A stretch of 64,000 bases of DNA. Source: Eledone cirrhosa. Lineage: Eukaryota. Under the pieces are notes generated by a model. That model made no database searches and was not told the origin of the DNA. It worked only from the letters and a program-made list of their open reading frames with translations. Position 1 is the first letter of the stretch. Each line of letters begins with the position of its first letter. Below, piece by piece: positions 49,520 through 63,803 of the stretch. The translations under genes were made by a program, and so were the position numbers. Where the stretch lies: contig OZ024754.1 in assembly GCA_964016885.1 (NCBI GenBank), positions 13,020,001-13,084,000 of the forward strand, written 5' to 3'.

Positions 49520-50130
49520 TATGTATGTATGTATGTGTGTGTGAATGTATGTGTGTGTGCGTGTGTGTGTCTGTGTTGCTGTGTGTATGAGAGTATGTGT
49601 GTTCGTGTCTGTGTGTATGTATGTCTCTGTTTCTGTATGTGTGATAGTCTGTGTGTGTCTGTGAGTATGTGTATGTGTGTGTGTCTGTGTGTATGTGTGG
49701 GTATGTGTGTTTGTGAGTATGTGTGTATGTGTGTTCGTGTACGTGCGTGTGTTTGTCTCTCTGTTTCTGTGTATGTGCGAGTGTGTCTGACTGAGTATGT
49801 ATGCGTGTGTAGTGTGTTTGTGTGTGCATGTGTGTGTCTATGTGCGTGTGTGTGCATGTGTGTGTGTATACGTATGTGTTTGTGTGTATTTGTCTGTGTG
49901 TGTATGTGAATGTGTGTGTGTGTACACGTATGTGTTTGTGTATGTTTGTCTGTGTGTGTGTCTATGTGAATGTGTGTGTGTATGTGTATGTGTGTACACG
50001 TATGTGTCTATGTGAATGTGTGTGTGCGTATGTGTGTGTGTACACGTATGTGTTTGTGTGTGTTTGTCTGTGTGTGTGTCTATGTGAATGTCTGTGTGTG
50101 TGTGTGTGTGTGTGTATGTGTACACGTATA

Positions 50131-50168
<38 letters not shown>

Positions 50169-50305
50169 AATTGGTGTGTGTGTGTGTTTGTCTGTGTGTG
50201 TATGTGAATTGGTGTGTGTGCGTGTTTGTCTGTGTGTGTAGGTGAATTGGTGTGTGTGTGTGTTTGTCTGTGTGTGTATGTGAATGTCTGTGTGTGTGTG
50301 TACAC

Positions 50306-50392
<87 letters not shown>
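49520..50392. repeat. Degenerate (TG)n microsatellite array
   Basis: Direct inspection. Confidence 0.95.
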
Positions 50393-50393
<1 letters not shown>

Positions 50394-50533
50394 ATACAGG
50401 TTTCCATATATTTTTGTGCATGGCTATTTATGTATAATTACGTTTCGGTAGACAGTGCATAAATCATAAATAGTTGTATGTTTTTTATACACATCTGTAT
50501 GTATGTATGTATGTATGTATGTATGTATGTATG

Positions 50534-50564
<31 letters not shown>

Positions 50565-50633
50565 GTATGTATGCATGTATGCATGTATGTAAGTACGTAT
50601 ATATATATATATATATATATACGTACTTATATT

Positions 50634-51246
50634 GATGTCAGGTCACCAGTTGGTGCTACTGGTAACATGTATCCCAGTACAACCTGTCTCATGGTCGGGT
50701 CGTTGGCGACTAAACTGGCAACCCCACCAAGGTTTCTTGGTGAGGAGGGTGACTTTGGACATCCTGCAGGACTAAAAACAAAACCTGTCAAAGGGCAAAG
50801 GACCTCTTAAGAGTCAATGGCCATCCAAAATCACCGGGAGAGATGACCCCTTAGCCTTTGTCAAGGCAGAATTCTAGGAGAAGGAAAACTCTGATATAAC
50901 ACCTGCAACCTTGATGGTATCCAATGATGTTGACTTGTTCTTCTTTTTGGTAAATATCATCTTGGTTAAGAGAGTGGGACTGGCTTTGTGCAGTGCCTTT
51001 GCTCACTATAAAAGCTTCACGGCACAGGCATTGCTTTATATCTGGAGATCTCTCTGCACTTGTCCTCACATGGTACCATGGGCCCAGCACTATGTGTCAA
51101 TAATTGTCACAAGTGTAGTGTTTGTACCAGAGTTTTCAAGTCGCTGGCTGGACTAAAAAGTCACACTCATGCAGCGCTTCGGTAGGGGTTCTCCTACATG
51201 GATATAAAGTAGTGGCCGTACTCGAAAACGAGTTGGCAGCCACCAT
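50634..51246 (+). mobile_element. RTE-related non-autonomous retroelement (RTE 5'UTR-like head + conserved 3' end)
   Basis: ctaggagaaggaaaactctga motif resembles RTE 5' regions; 3' end ggccgtactcgaaaacgag..gcagccacca; second copy at 32719-33066; no credible ORF. Confidence 0.6.
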
Positions 51247-51478
51247 ATATATATATACATATCTATCTATCTATCTCTCTCTCTCTATATATATATATAT
51301 AAATACATACATATTCAGATATTTATATATGTATATCTACACGAACATATATATATATATATGTATGTGTGTGTGAGTGCATGTGTGTTTATATATATAT
51401 CCTAGAAACGATCGTAAAATGATGAATTTTTTTAATATAAGGAACTGTTTTCTTTGTTTTTATTCATTATTTTTATTA

Positions 51479-51574
<96 letters not shown>

Positions 51575-51624
51575 GTATGTATATATATATATATATATGT
51601 ATGTATATATATATATACACATAG

Positions 51625-51687
<63 letters not shown>

Positions 51688-52034
51688 GAGAGAGAGAGAG
51701 GGGGAGATCGAGAGATAGAGAGAGAGAGGGAGAGAGAGAGAGAGAGGAAGATATTCACATTTGTTGAAACACTTAGATATCCTTAGTATCTCTACTGTTT
51801 CTATGTCATATGTGATGTTGTTTTGTTTGTTTTTACTGCAATTCGATGTTTTTATTTCGTCTTTTGATTTTGGCTTTTTTATCATTGAAAATCTTGTTGA
51901 CATTATTACATGCGTAACATACAACAATAGTACCAGTAACAACAACAACACCATCACTATTATCAGCACCACTACCTCCAACAACAACATCCATAATAAT
52001 AATAATAATAATAAGAAGAAGAAGAAGAATGATA

Positions 52035-52295
52035 CCTAAGGGGTCTAATGATTACATATCGCAAATCCCAGGAAACCCGCGTATAGGATAAATACAAAAG
52101 ATAGTACTAATGGGAACTGCCCATATACTAAGGAAGATTCTGTCAATATAAGTACATCACAAGTCTAAACACTAAAGATGCATGTGTGAATATGTATGTT
52201 CTTTCTTGAACATGGCGGACCTTGTTGTCTCCTGAGGTCACTGGTTGTGACTTGGTGATAACTCGTATGAACATAAAGGAAGATAAATGCAACTA
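52035..52295 (+). mobile_element. Extreme 3' end of an R4/Dong LINE in (TAA)n
   Basis: Translates as YISQIPGNP..IQKIVLMGTAHILRKILSI*, the R4-type C-terminus; followed by UTR and (TAA)n. Confidence 0.78.
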
Positions 52296-52319
52296 TAATA
52301 ATAATGATAATAATAATGA

Positions 52320-53436
52320 TTTCATTTATTGGCCACAAGAGCCGAAATGTAGGGGACAATACAAAGACAGGGACAGTGGGGGTTTACAATAAGGTCGAGT
52401 AAAATTTCTCAATGGCAAGACTAATTTAACAATGAAGATATAAAATATATAAAATAAACTATGTATAAATATAACATATTAAATTCCCCTATAGGGGGTG
52501 GACGACCCTGGGGTGACTCGGGTACCCCACCAATCCTGAACCACCTTGCGCTTCAAGGGCACCCAGAGAGAGCACCTCTCTCTTCAAGTTAGCTAGCCTA
52601 TATGCACAGGGTCAGAGTAGTCCCATTCACATGGACCATTCTCGCCACATTCATCCACCATTTAGCAAATGTACTGGGGGCCAACACTTCTCTCTCCACC
52701 CTCACCTTCCTTTCCAGGTGAAACTTGAAGAAGTTGATGAGGGATTGGCCAAAGAGAAAAGTGTCTGTCTTCAGTCTTTTTAATCTGGTCCACCCTATAA
52801 CCTCTTTCGCAACGGCCACCAGACAGAGGAAAATTGCCTGCTCTTCCTGACCTAAGGAAGGCGGCGGGTCGATCTTCACTATGGACTCGGCCGATAGCCG
52901 GATTCGTTCCACACGCGACAGTAGCTGCTCGACATAACTCTACAAGTCAGTAATGCTCGGACATTGGACAAGTGCGTGCAGAACGGTTTCGTCGCTCTGT
53001 GCGCATCTTGGGCAGGTCCGTCTGACAGCACTCATCCGAGTTTATCCCGAACCAGCAGTGGCCCGCCCCCCTCCCACCCGGTAGCACTGCCAAACGAGGG
53101 ATTTCTGGAAATTGTTCATAGTCCCCGGCTCGAAAGTCCCACGGTACAGACTTGTCAGTTCGACTTCGTCGAGGCCCAAAGCTTCTCCGAGTGCGTCATC
53201 GCACTTGCCCACCACTAATCCTCTATAGAACTCGAGAGTGGAATTCCGCTGATCGTATTATCCGCTTGATAGAGGGCAGTGAGTGCCTGGCAACATTCCA
53301 GGTGCCAGTCACCCAGTCTCGGTCTCTTCTTGACCCAGGACTGCAGCTCAGTCAAAGAAACGAGCTGCGGAAAGGCCCGTCTGATAAATGGCGACCACAC
53401 CTGTTCACCGTTTAGGCAGAATATCTGGAGATGTCG
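52320..53436 (-). mobile_element. 3' fragment of Tx1/L1-clade LINE ORF2, decayed
   Basis: Minus ORF 52598-52912 (FLCLVAVAKEVIGWTR..FKFHLERKVRVE..FAKWW) resembles Tx1 C-terminus; aataaa near 3' end; (TAA)n both sides. Confidence 0.7.
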
Positions 53437-53469
53437 CATAACAATAATAATAATAATAATAATAATAAA

Positions 53470-55295
53470 GCAATGTGTCTGAGGAAATCTACCATCACCT
53501 CCACATAAACAACTTGTTACCAGACGTACAGAAAGGATGCCGAAAGAAGTCCTGTGGTACAAAAGACCAGTTACTTATTGATAAGATGGTAAAGAGGAAT
53601 TGCAAGAGGAGGCACACTGGTCTTGCCATGGGATGGATAGATTACAAAAAGGCATTCGACATGGTACCTCACTCTTTGGTAACCAAAAGCCTAGAGATCT
53701 TCAAGGTGGAAGATAACATCAGACAGTTGTTGAGCAAAAGTATGAAGTCCTGGGAAACAGAGTTAACATCGGTTGGAGAATCCTTGGGAGGCGTGAAGAT
53801 CAAAAGAGGTATCTTCCAGGGAGATAGTATGTCCCCTCTGTTGTTTGTCCTTGCCCTGATGTCCCTGATCATTATACTGCGAAAAGTGAGAGCAGGATAC
53901 AAGTTGGGAAAAGGCGAGCTTACCATCAATCACCTCCTCTTCATGGACGATCTTAAGCTTCTCGGGAAGAGTGAGAAGGAGTTGGATGTACTTGTTGACA
54001 CTGTCCGTATTTTCAACAATGATATATGTATGCAATTTGGTATTAATAAGTTCCTAGTGATGAAGAGTGGTAAGTTGAGCAGAAGCAACGGAATCCAGGT
54101 ACCAACAGGTGAGATGATAAAGGAAATTGACACTGAAGAAGAATACAAATATTTAGGTGTCCTGGAGGCAGATGTCATCGAGAACAAAAAAATGAAGGAA
54201 TTGATCAGATCTGAGTACATTGGGAGAGTATGAAGCGTATTAAAATCACATCTGAACAGTAGGAAGGCCATAAGTGCAGTAAATTCCCGAGCTGTGTCTA
54301 TTATTAGGTACAGTGCAGGAATTCTGTAATGGAATGTTGCTGAACAAAAAGAAATGGATAGGAAGACTAGGAAGCTATTGACTATCTACAACATGTTCCA
54401 CAAGAGGAGTGATGTCGATAGACTCTACTTAAAGAGATCTGAAGGTGGAAGAGGTCTTATCAGCATAGAGCACTGTGTTCAGATAGAGAAAAACAACCTA
54501 CACAAATACGTGACTGACAGTAAGGAGCCAATGCTCAGAATTGTACTGAAAGAGAGGACAATAGACCAGGGGATGTCCAAGGAGGAAATAACAACAAGGA
54601 GGAAGCGCAACCTCCATGAAAATCCCTTCATAGTACGGTCTTTGAGAAAACTGAATTTAGAGATCCACAGACATGGAACTGGGTGAAAAGAGGAGACCTT
54701 AAAAAGGCTACAGAAGGAATGCTAATGGCTGCACAAGAGCAGGCCCTCAAAACGAAGTGGGTGAAACACCATATTGACAAGGAGGAGGCTAGCTCAGTGT
54801 GTAGGATCTGTGGAGAGAGAGAGAGGAGACTGTGGCTCACATTGTATCCGAGTGTAAACACCTAGCCCAGACTCACTATAAAGGCTGGAGACATGATGTA
54901 ATGGGCAGGGTGATCCACTTCCACCTATGCAAAGTAAACAATTTACCACATTCTGAGAAGTGGTATGAGCATAAGCCAGAGTCGGTGATAGAAAACGATC
55001 AGGTGAAGGTGCTGTGGGATTTTAGGATACAGACGGACAAGAAACTGGAACACAATAGACCTGACCTGGTGGTTTTGGACAAGGAAAAAAGATCGTGTCT
55101 GATTGTAAATGTAGCCTGCCCATTCGACACGAGAGTGCAAGAGAAGGAGAGGGAGAGAGTTAACCGATACCAGGACTTAACGTGGGAGGTAAAAAGGATT
55201 TGGAACTGCCATGAAGTCAAAGTGGTCCCGATTGTCATAGGTGCACTAGATACTATTTCAAGGAGTTTCCAAGGTTGGTTAAAGAAAATTAGTCC
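53470..55295 (+). mobile_element. 5'-truncated R4/Dong-type RLE LINE, decayed
   Basis: [92 protein letters not shown]; stops/frameshifts; begins right after (TAA)n. Confidence 0.92.
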
Positions 55296-55469
55296 AGCCC
55301 CGCTTTTTGGAAGCAATCCTTTTGACATTTTGACAATTACTATCTTCCCATATAAGGAATTACCCCCTGATAAGTTCGGCTATTTATTTACTAGGCTAAA
55401 AATTCTTATTTAGTCCAGAATTAGCTGTCGTAACGGCTTGAACTCTGCCGTCGGGGTCATACTTGTTCC

Positions 55470-55521
<52 letters not shown>

Positions 55522-55526
55522 CACAC

Positions 55527-55703
<177 letters not shown>

Positions 55704-55924
55704 ATATATATAAATGAAATAAAACAGAAAGCATATCGTGTGAAAAAATTCACTTGTAAGTCTTCTCTCAGGAGTAACAGAACACTAATGCTAATAACAA
55801 CTAGTAACTAATATATAAAACAATAGAAGTGGAGATAGTTATTATTTTAACCACAAACAAATCTCTTTACATGACTGAATGAGTAAGTTAGAGGAAATGA
55901 AAAGGTCGATAGAGTAACATTACA

Positions 55925-56250
55925 CACATATGTACAACAGGTCCGAACACAGAGGAACCAAACTGTCGTCGTCTCCCTCTCTCCCGCCATCCCCATATCT
56001 CATGTACACCAGGTCAGTATACAAAGGAACCAATCTCCCGCTGTCATCACCTCCGTCTCTCTTGTCCTTCCCATCTCTCATGCACACCATGTCCGAGCAC
56101 AGAGGAACCAAACTCCCACTGTCATCGCCGCATCCGTCCCTCTCGCTCTCTTGCCCTCCTCATCTCTCATGTTACACCAGCTTGGAGCACAGAGGAACCA
56201 ATCTCCCACAGTCATCGCCTCCGTCTCTCTCACTCTCCCCATCTCTCACT
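55925..56250. repeat. Minisatellite, ~4 diverged units of ~70-90 bp
   Basis: Repeated aggaaccaa..cccactgtcatcgcct..ctctc..catctctcatg. Confidence 0.75.
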
Positions 56251-57101
56251 ATTATGAGCAAATGGGATCCCTCGCGCTGGCCGCCCCACGGCCCAGGTGC
56301 ACATAATAGAGAAAGCGTTTCCACGGAGAATGGTGAACACTAATTATATAGAGATCGGTGAACCGAAGGGGTTGTTATTTTCTGTAGTCACTCAATCTGT
56401 TAATGCTACATGTAATCTTCCAACAACATATTTCCTAACATCTTAATAATTAAGATCAGTATTTTCTAAAATAAAACAAAAATAATAAAAATGATAAATA
56501 TGAACGAACTGACAGAAGCTACATTATTCGATCGCTTATAGCCATACCAAGCAAAGTTGATTTAGGATATAGAACAAAAATCTCCCCTCCTCACCACAAA
56601 ACAAAAACAAACAAACATACATACATAAATGAAATAAATTACAAAATCCAAAACAACAAAACACACCATTCATCTCCTCCATTTCTCATCATGGCGATTT
56701 CGCTGCTTCTATTATTAACAACGAAACTTAACCTATAAACCTATACGCACCCAAGTAATATAGTTTATTCCCCACCATCCATTGCACACTTTATAGTTTT
56801 GTTGTTAAAATAAAGCGAGTTTAGCAGAGTAAACGTGAATGATAGTTTCAGGCTGCAGTGAAGCGACCAATATGATCACTACGTGAACAATTTGCTGTTT
56901 AGTTGGTTGCTGTAATAAATATTTCCACTGCGGACAAGATAAAACCGTTTCCAAAGATCATACATTATTATCCGAATCAATAAAGAAGAGATATCTGCCA
57001 GCTTTCTATAACCTAATCCCATGTAGATAATGGAAACAATTGCAAAACGTGTCGGCAGCAAACAGTCTTTGTTGTGAGTTTTTAAGTATTTGTACGCGTG
57101 C

Positions 57102-57163
<62 letters not shown>

Positions 57164-57300
57164 TTAATTGCAACCATACAGCTCGCCATTTTATATATAT
57201 ATATATACACACATATATATACATACATACATATATATATATATACAGACACACACACATATATATATATATATATACATATATACACACATATATATAC

Positions 57301-57331
<31 letters not shown>

Positions 57332-57422
57332 CAGACACACACACATATATATATATACAGACACACACACATATATATATATATACATATACATATACAT
57401 ATATATACATATATACATATAC

Positions 57423-57455
<33 letters not shown>

Positions 57456-57494
57456 CATATATACATATATATATACATATATATATATATACAT

Positions 57495-57835
57495 ATGATG
57501 GTTGCCCCCTCGTTATCGAGTATGGCCATTGCATGATTGATATACCATTATTAATAATTATTAATTAATTCTATCGTGCAATGCCTGTGCCTGAAGATAT
57601 TTTTTAAAGTGAGGAAAGACTGTGCATTGAGCCAATCCCACTCTCTGAGCGACAGTAGCTATAACCAGAAAAGAAGAAAAGATCAACATCATCGGTAACT
57701 ACTGAGCCGCAGGTTTTATGTCGGAGTTAACCCAGTTTCCTGAGTTGCCTTCTTCTAGAAGAATGCCCTGACAAAGGCTAGGGGTCCTTCACTCCCAGTG
57801 GTTTAACCGCACAATCGGGTTTCCAGCCCGACTAT
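57495..57835 (-). mobile_element. Second RTE-related non-autonomous element
   Basis: Minus strand has tagcctttgtcagggca..ctagaagaaggcaactc (cf. 50852-50892) and ends gccatactcgataacgag..gcaaccatca (cf. 51214-51245). Confidence 0.55.
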
Positions 57836-58279
57836 TTCTATGTCCCTGCGCATATACATACACATGCACCCATGTATATATACACATATACGTATACATA
57901 CATATGTACATGTGTATATACATATTTACACACTTTTGGATGGCCGTTGACTCTTATGAGTTCTTCCGCCCTTTGTCAGGTTTTGTTTTTTGTCCTGCAA
58001 GGTGTCCAAAATCACCCTCCTCACCAATATATACATACATTCATATAAATATATACAAACACATACATATATATATATATACATACATATATATATATTT
58101 ATATATATATACATATATATTCATTTTATTAAGGCTAAATATTGAGTGTGGTTTATATATATGTATATATATATATATAACATAGAGGGTGTGTTAAGAT
58201 ACCATGTGGATCTAACTGTAGAAACGGCCGGAGCTCGGCCATTGGGGTCCTGACTCTTTTCCTATACACACACACACAC

Positions 58280-58330
<51 letters not shown>

Positions 58331-58367
58331 CATATATATATACATATATACACATATATATATATAT

Positions 58368-59158
58368 CATCATCATCATCATCAGGTTTAGCGTCCGTGT
58401 TCCACGCTTGCATGGGTTTGGACGGGGGTTTTCCCACTTGAGGCAAGAGTGGTTGTCTTGCTCGCATAGGACTGTCTGGCGGGTTTTCTACGGCTGGATG
58501 CCCTTCCTAACACCAACCACGTTTACAGTGTGGGGCTGGGAGGTTTTTACCATGTTACCTACACGGCCACATTTACAGCGTGGACTGTGTGTTTTTTTGT
58601 CGTGACACCTACACGATCTCATTTGTTTCGGCCTGGATGTTGTGGGACCAACATAACTTTACATTGAAAGGGGCGGTGTGGATGGAGGTGGAGGTGGTGG
58701 GACGGGTGTGTGTTTTGATAGAGATGCCTACTGACTGTAGTAGGTTTTTACTTTGTATTTAGGTAAGGCGGGTCTTCTCTATTACTGAGTACCGCCAAAG
58801 ATCTCGGTCCAGTGTCATTGTCTTGGAGAGGTGTAAGCGTGTGAGGTCGGAATTTATCAGCTCGTCCCATGTTTTTCTGGGTCTGCCTACTCCGTGGCTA
58901 CCGTCTATCTTTATTGCCCTGCACTTTGTTATACAGCTGTCATCTTTCATGCGCATCATGTGACCGTACCAACGTAGCCTTCTCTCGAGTAAACAACATC
59001 TGATCCCTCTTATTTCTAATTTTTTCCTTAGTTCGTTTATGCTTTGCCGTTCACGTATATTACTATTGCACATCCAGCGGAGCATGCAAGCTTCGTTCCT
59101 CTCTAGTCTGCGTATATCCTCTGCACACAATGCCCAGGTCTCACTGCCATGCAGCATA
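58368..59158 (-). mobile_element. 3' fragment of RTE-clade LINE with (GAT)n tail
   Basis: MLHGSETWAL..LERNEACMLRWMC..RRLRWYGHMMRM..GRPRKTW (58759-59158); 3'UTR ending in (gat)n. Confidence 0.9.
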
Positions 59159-59201
59159 TATATATATGTCCAAATGCAGGAACAGCTGTAACAAATGTTA
59201 A

Positions 59202-59298
59202 TAATTGTTTCTACGTTTGGCACAAGGCCAGCAGTTATCCCAGTGCATTACTGGTACTTTATTTTATCGACCCCGTAAGTATGAAAGGCAAAGTTAAA
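59202..59298 (-). mobile_element. Partial Nin-domain SINE
   Basis: Core and 3' end only. Confidence 0.75.
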
Positions 59299-59567
59299 TA
59301 ATAGTAGCTTTAGAAAATCGGGTAAAATACTCTTATGGCCGGAAAAGGGGCTAGTAGAAACGAACTCCCTAACACTTGAATTTCGGTCAAGCGCATTAAC
59401 CACTACGCAAAAGGAGGATTGATAACGGGGTGTATATATATATCGGGGTCCTGACTCATATAACCATATTCCACTATGCCTAGTATCGAGTATTCTGGTG
59501 AGCAATGGTCTAACCATTTTCTTACTGTATCCTGCATCCATCTTGATATATATATATATATACTTTA

Positions 59568-59604
<37 letters not shown>

Positions 59605-59638
59605 CTTTACACTTGGATAACATTAATATTACCCACAT

Positions 59639-59709
<71 letters not shown>

Positions 59710-60129
59710 CCCCGTCCATTATCACACCCCTAGATTCCTATCGCTTTCTCTTGATCATTAGCAGCTTCTCTTACAACTAAATCATGCCGATACAAACCCT
59801 TATATTAACATAGCTTCATACTTACATGCACAGACACTCTTTTACTCACATATCCACACCCATTTCTTCTTAGCTTCGTACGGACCTATAATAACACACA
59901 CACACACAAACACAAACCCATGCTTACGCACGTGGTCAAGTATAGCTCCTTTTACAAAACTGTTTTTTTCTATTTCAGGTAGACGCGTTGCATCATCCAC
60001 TTTTCTAAAAAAACAAACCATACACCAAACACCAGCACCAACAGTTTTGCAAGAGATGTCAACATGAACGGACCTGTTATTTTTATCTGAAGACATTTTT
60101 TCCAATTCCATCCCGCCCGTGCCCTCAAT

Positions 60130-60269
60130 CTATTTTATTTCTCATTCTTTCTTATGATGAAAGACTAGCGTCCGAAACGTTAAGTCCCTCTTCCTGCTAT
60201 ATCAAGCGTTAACCTAATATATCCCTTCCATATACTGTACCGATTGTGTTGTTTTTTCTGTTTACCTTT

Positions 60270-60275
<6 letters not shown>
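60130..60275 (+). mobile_element. Family E element with mutated HHR-like motif (ATGATGA)
   Basis: ctt-ATGATGA-aagac-tagc-gtcc-GAAAC-GTTAAG; ends ttaccttttacatac in (CATA)n. Confidence 0.65.
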
Positions 60276-60311
<36 letters not shown>

Positions 60312-60469
60312 GTGTAAAATGGAACGGGAACAAAACAGAGGCAGTACGAACAAAGGTTTATTAGTTTCACGCTCTTGAGAGTGAGGAGGGGCGACGCTTC
60401 GGGCATGCATGTATGTATGTATGTATGTATGTATGTATGTATGTATGTATGTATGTATGTATGTATGTA

Positions 60470-60523
<54 letters not shown>

Positions 60524-61129
60524 TGTGTGTGTGAATAATATATATATATATATATATATTCATTAGTTAAGCAAAACAAGACCACAAACTTCACAAGGAA
60601 GACATTAAAAGATTGTCAACATATTTTAGTTTGATGTAAGGAATGTAGAGAATAATAATAATAATGTCCGTTTAATATTTCTGGATCAGATGACTATATA
60701 TCATAATTGATCTGGTTCAGTTGAAAATAATTAACATATTTAAAAAACAGAGTGGCTCATCGGAACTCAAAGGAATATAAATTAAAATAATGGGATAATG
60801 TTACATAATATAATGTTCCATATATTGGTTTTTACTATGGTGTCTTGGTTGCATCAGCTGTCAGCCATAATCAAGCAGTATTCATCTGTCGAGGCTGTAT
60901 TGTGTGAGATCTGCCTATGGGTAACAAGATCGTTGCCAAAGGGCATATTTACCTTACTATTTAGAGGGTGGTTTCAGGGGAAGTAACTTCTCGAGAGATT
61001 AGAGATTGTGAGTATTTATAGTTAAATGCTAGTTTTTAAATTTTTTAATTGAGAGACAATGTAGGGGAGGTAACCTATAATTATCGAGTTGTTCATAGCA
61101 ATTTAACTTATTAGCTACAAGTAGAAATG

Positions 61130-62095
61130 GGGCTACATGACTAAGTTGGGTCAAAAATTCTATTGGCGAAGGAATTAGCCCTTTGATGTTGACAGCTAAT
61201 GGTTACCTCCGTTCTATCGTTAATCGGTAGAGGTCGTGATAGAGTTATGTAATATGCTTCCGTAACACAGAGATCACAAGATTTTCTTCGTCCATTGAAC
61301 GGTTGGGCCCTAGCCACGATATCCCATTTTAGCGAGTGTTGAACGTTGTTTAATTTAAGGTTTTTAATGAGCCTAGCTAGCGATGTCGAACATCTGTTGC
61401 TAGGGTCTAGGAAGGAAAAAGAGTGCGCGTTATAGCGTACCTTAAAAGGGTTAGAGGTAGACCCGATATAAGAGCTGGTATTCGAAGCAGTCTCAACCGT
61501 GTACCTATAGACTATGTTGGGTGTCAGGCAGTGTCCATTTAATGGGCATGCATTGGGGTAAGGGCAGTTGCAGTTGCTTCTGCGGTTAGTGAGAGTAGGG
61601 TTGTTTAACCTAAGCGGTAGGTCCGTGGTAGAAGGATTAGATGGGGGAGGTGTGCTACTAGAGTAATTATTGGTGTAGTGGCGTGGTGTATTTGATAGGG
61701 GTGGTGGTACCGCGTGTGGGGATTATACTGTCTTAGCTTATGATGGTTACTGAACGCGATGTGGCTAGGTAGGTTAGGTGTTGTGGAGAATGAGATTTTG
61801 ATGTTATTTTTATTAAAGAGTTTGTAATATCTATGGTTGGGGGGGGGGAGTGTTTGGATAGGATAGAGAAGAAGCGTTGGGGGATATTAGTGGCTAGATT
61901 AGATGAGAATGGTGGGTTGAGCCAGGTGATATTTCTAGGTCTATTCCTTCTAGGGGTTCTAGTGGAGTTGGTAGGTGCCTTCCTAGAGTTATTATTACCT
62001 GGGGATTTGTTATTTGTCATCCCATTTCTCATTCCTATTCTAGGGTTGATTTTAGTTTGCTACTTGGAGTGGGGAGGAGGCCGCTGTCACCATTA
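61130..62095 (-). pseudogene. 5'-truncated Naiad-type PLE linker + GIY-YIG, frameshifted
   Basis: RNITWLNPPFSSNLATNI..FFSILSKH; further downstream on minus strand CNCPYPNACPLNGHCLTPNIVY..SYIGSTSNPFKVRYNAH. Confidence 0.85.
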
Positions 62096-62224
62096 AAGTT
62101 CCCTGTATAGGTGCTGTTACTGCCCCCCCCCCCCCCCACCACCACCACCACCATAGATATTACACACTCTTTAATAAAAATAACATTAAAATCTCATTCT
62201 CACAGTTAGTGACTTTTTTGCTTC

Positions 62225-62777
62225 TTCCCACATCCTGGATGCAGTGGTAATGGCGAGAGCTACAGCATCTGCAGCTGAACGGAACAAAACCCTAACATAC
62301 CTTGTTCTGTTAGCTAACTACATTATCCCGCCTGTGGCGTCCGAGACGTTTGGGGGTGTCAGGCTACTGACAACGAGGTTCTTATCTTCACTGGCGGCTC
62401 ACAAAACAGAGGTAACTGGTGATACTCGTGAGAGCACTTGGTTGTTCCAGCACCTCAGCCTCGCCATCACCCCAGGTACCGCTTCGAGCGTGCTGGCTTG
62501 CCTCAAACATTATTAGAGAGGTTTCCCAGTGCTCCTCGCGATATTGCTATATTTTACTCTGGTAACGGCTCGTTTTTACCACTCCTTCGCCTGCATTTAG
62601 TTCTATGTGGTCTAAGATGTGAGTATTACGTGTTTTTTTCTTTCTTTTTTCCTTTTCCCTTTCCTTTGTAGATGTTATATTTAGTTGTGTTTTCGTTCTG
62701 TAATCATTATATTAAATTTTTATACAAATGAGTTTAAAAAAAGAGAATTAAATTGTGTTGTTAATAAATAAATAAAA
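62225..62777 (+). mobile_element. 3' end of CRE-like RLE non-LTR retrotransposon
   Basis: AAERNK..Y..PVASETFGG..FL..TGDTRESTWLFQHLSLAITPGTASSVL resembles the CRE C-terminal endonuclease region; T-rich UTR and aataaataaataaaa end. Confidence 0.7.
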
Positions 62778-63420
62778 GGTTGTACTTCAATTTACACTCC
62801 CATTTCCAATTCATCAAAGCTATCATGACTGTATGACTATATGTGTGTGTTTGTGTAAATTGTATATGTGTGAATGTGTGTTTGTGTAAATGTATATGTG
62901 TGAATGTATGAATGTATATGTGTGAATGTATGTATGTATATGTGTGAAAGTATGTGTATATGTGTGAATGTAAGTCCGTGAGCGTATATTTTTGTAAGTT
63001 TGTGTTTGCGCGATTAGAGTTATATACTCATACATATAGATGTATGTATATGCACATACATACACACTCATACACACACACACACATACACACATACGCT
63101 TCAGCGTGTTGTTGAAAAAATCCTAATCTCTTCATCTCTCCCTCTCTCTCTCTCTCTCTGTATATATATATATATATATGTCTTATAATCACTCTATTTA
63201 TCTCTCTCTCACCACACACACTCTCTTTCTCGCTCTGTCTATATATATATATATTTGGTAGTTGAAGTGGCGGTGGTGGTGGCAATATACTGAAAGGGTA
63301 GAAATTTGAAACTTTTAAAAGAAGTCAATTTTAAATAAGAAATAAAATTATCTTTATTTAATCAAGAGTTGCGAAATATAGTACATAAATTATGTAATAT
63401 TCATTCATTATTTATTCAAA

Positions 63421-63803
63421 GGCGGTGGATTGGCAGTATCCGTGGAGGGTCGAACGCCATGCTTTCCAGCATAGTTACGTCCCTTTACGATCTGAGTTCA
63501 AATCCCGCCGAGGTTGACTTTGCCTTTCATCCTTACGGGGTCGATAAAATAAAGTACCAGTAACGCACTGGGTATAATTGCTGGCCTTGTGCCTAAAGTA
63601 GAAACAATTATTTATTCAGAGGTTGTGGATTGGCCGTATCGGTAGAGGGTCGGACGCCTTGCTTTGCAGCAAAGAGTTACGGCCCTTTATAGTCTGAGTC
63701 AAATCCCGCCGATGTTAACTTTGCCTTTCATCCTTACGGGGTCGATAAAATAAAGTACCAGTAATGTATTTGCTGGCCTTGTGCCAAAAAGTAGAAACAA
63801 TTA
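63421..63803 (+). mobile_element. Two tandem full-length Nin-domain tRNA-SINEs
   Basis: 63421-63610 and 63619-63803, each with A/B box-like head, Nin-like core and 3' end. Confidence 0.88.

Noticed and set aside
63421-63510. tRNA genes
   Set aside because: A/B box-like heads continue into SINE bodies and do not form complete cloverleaves.
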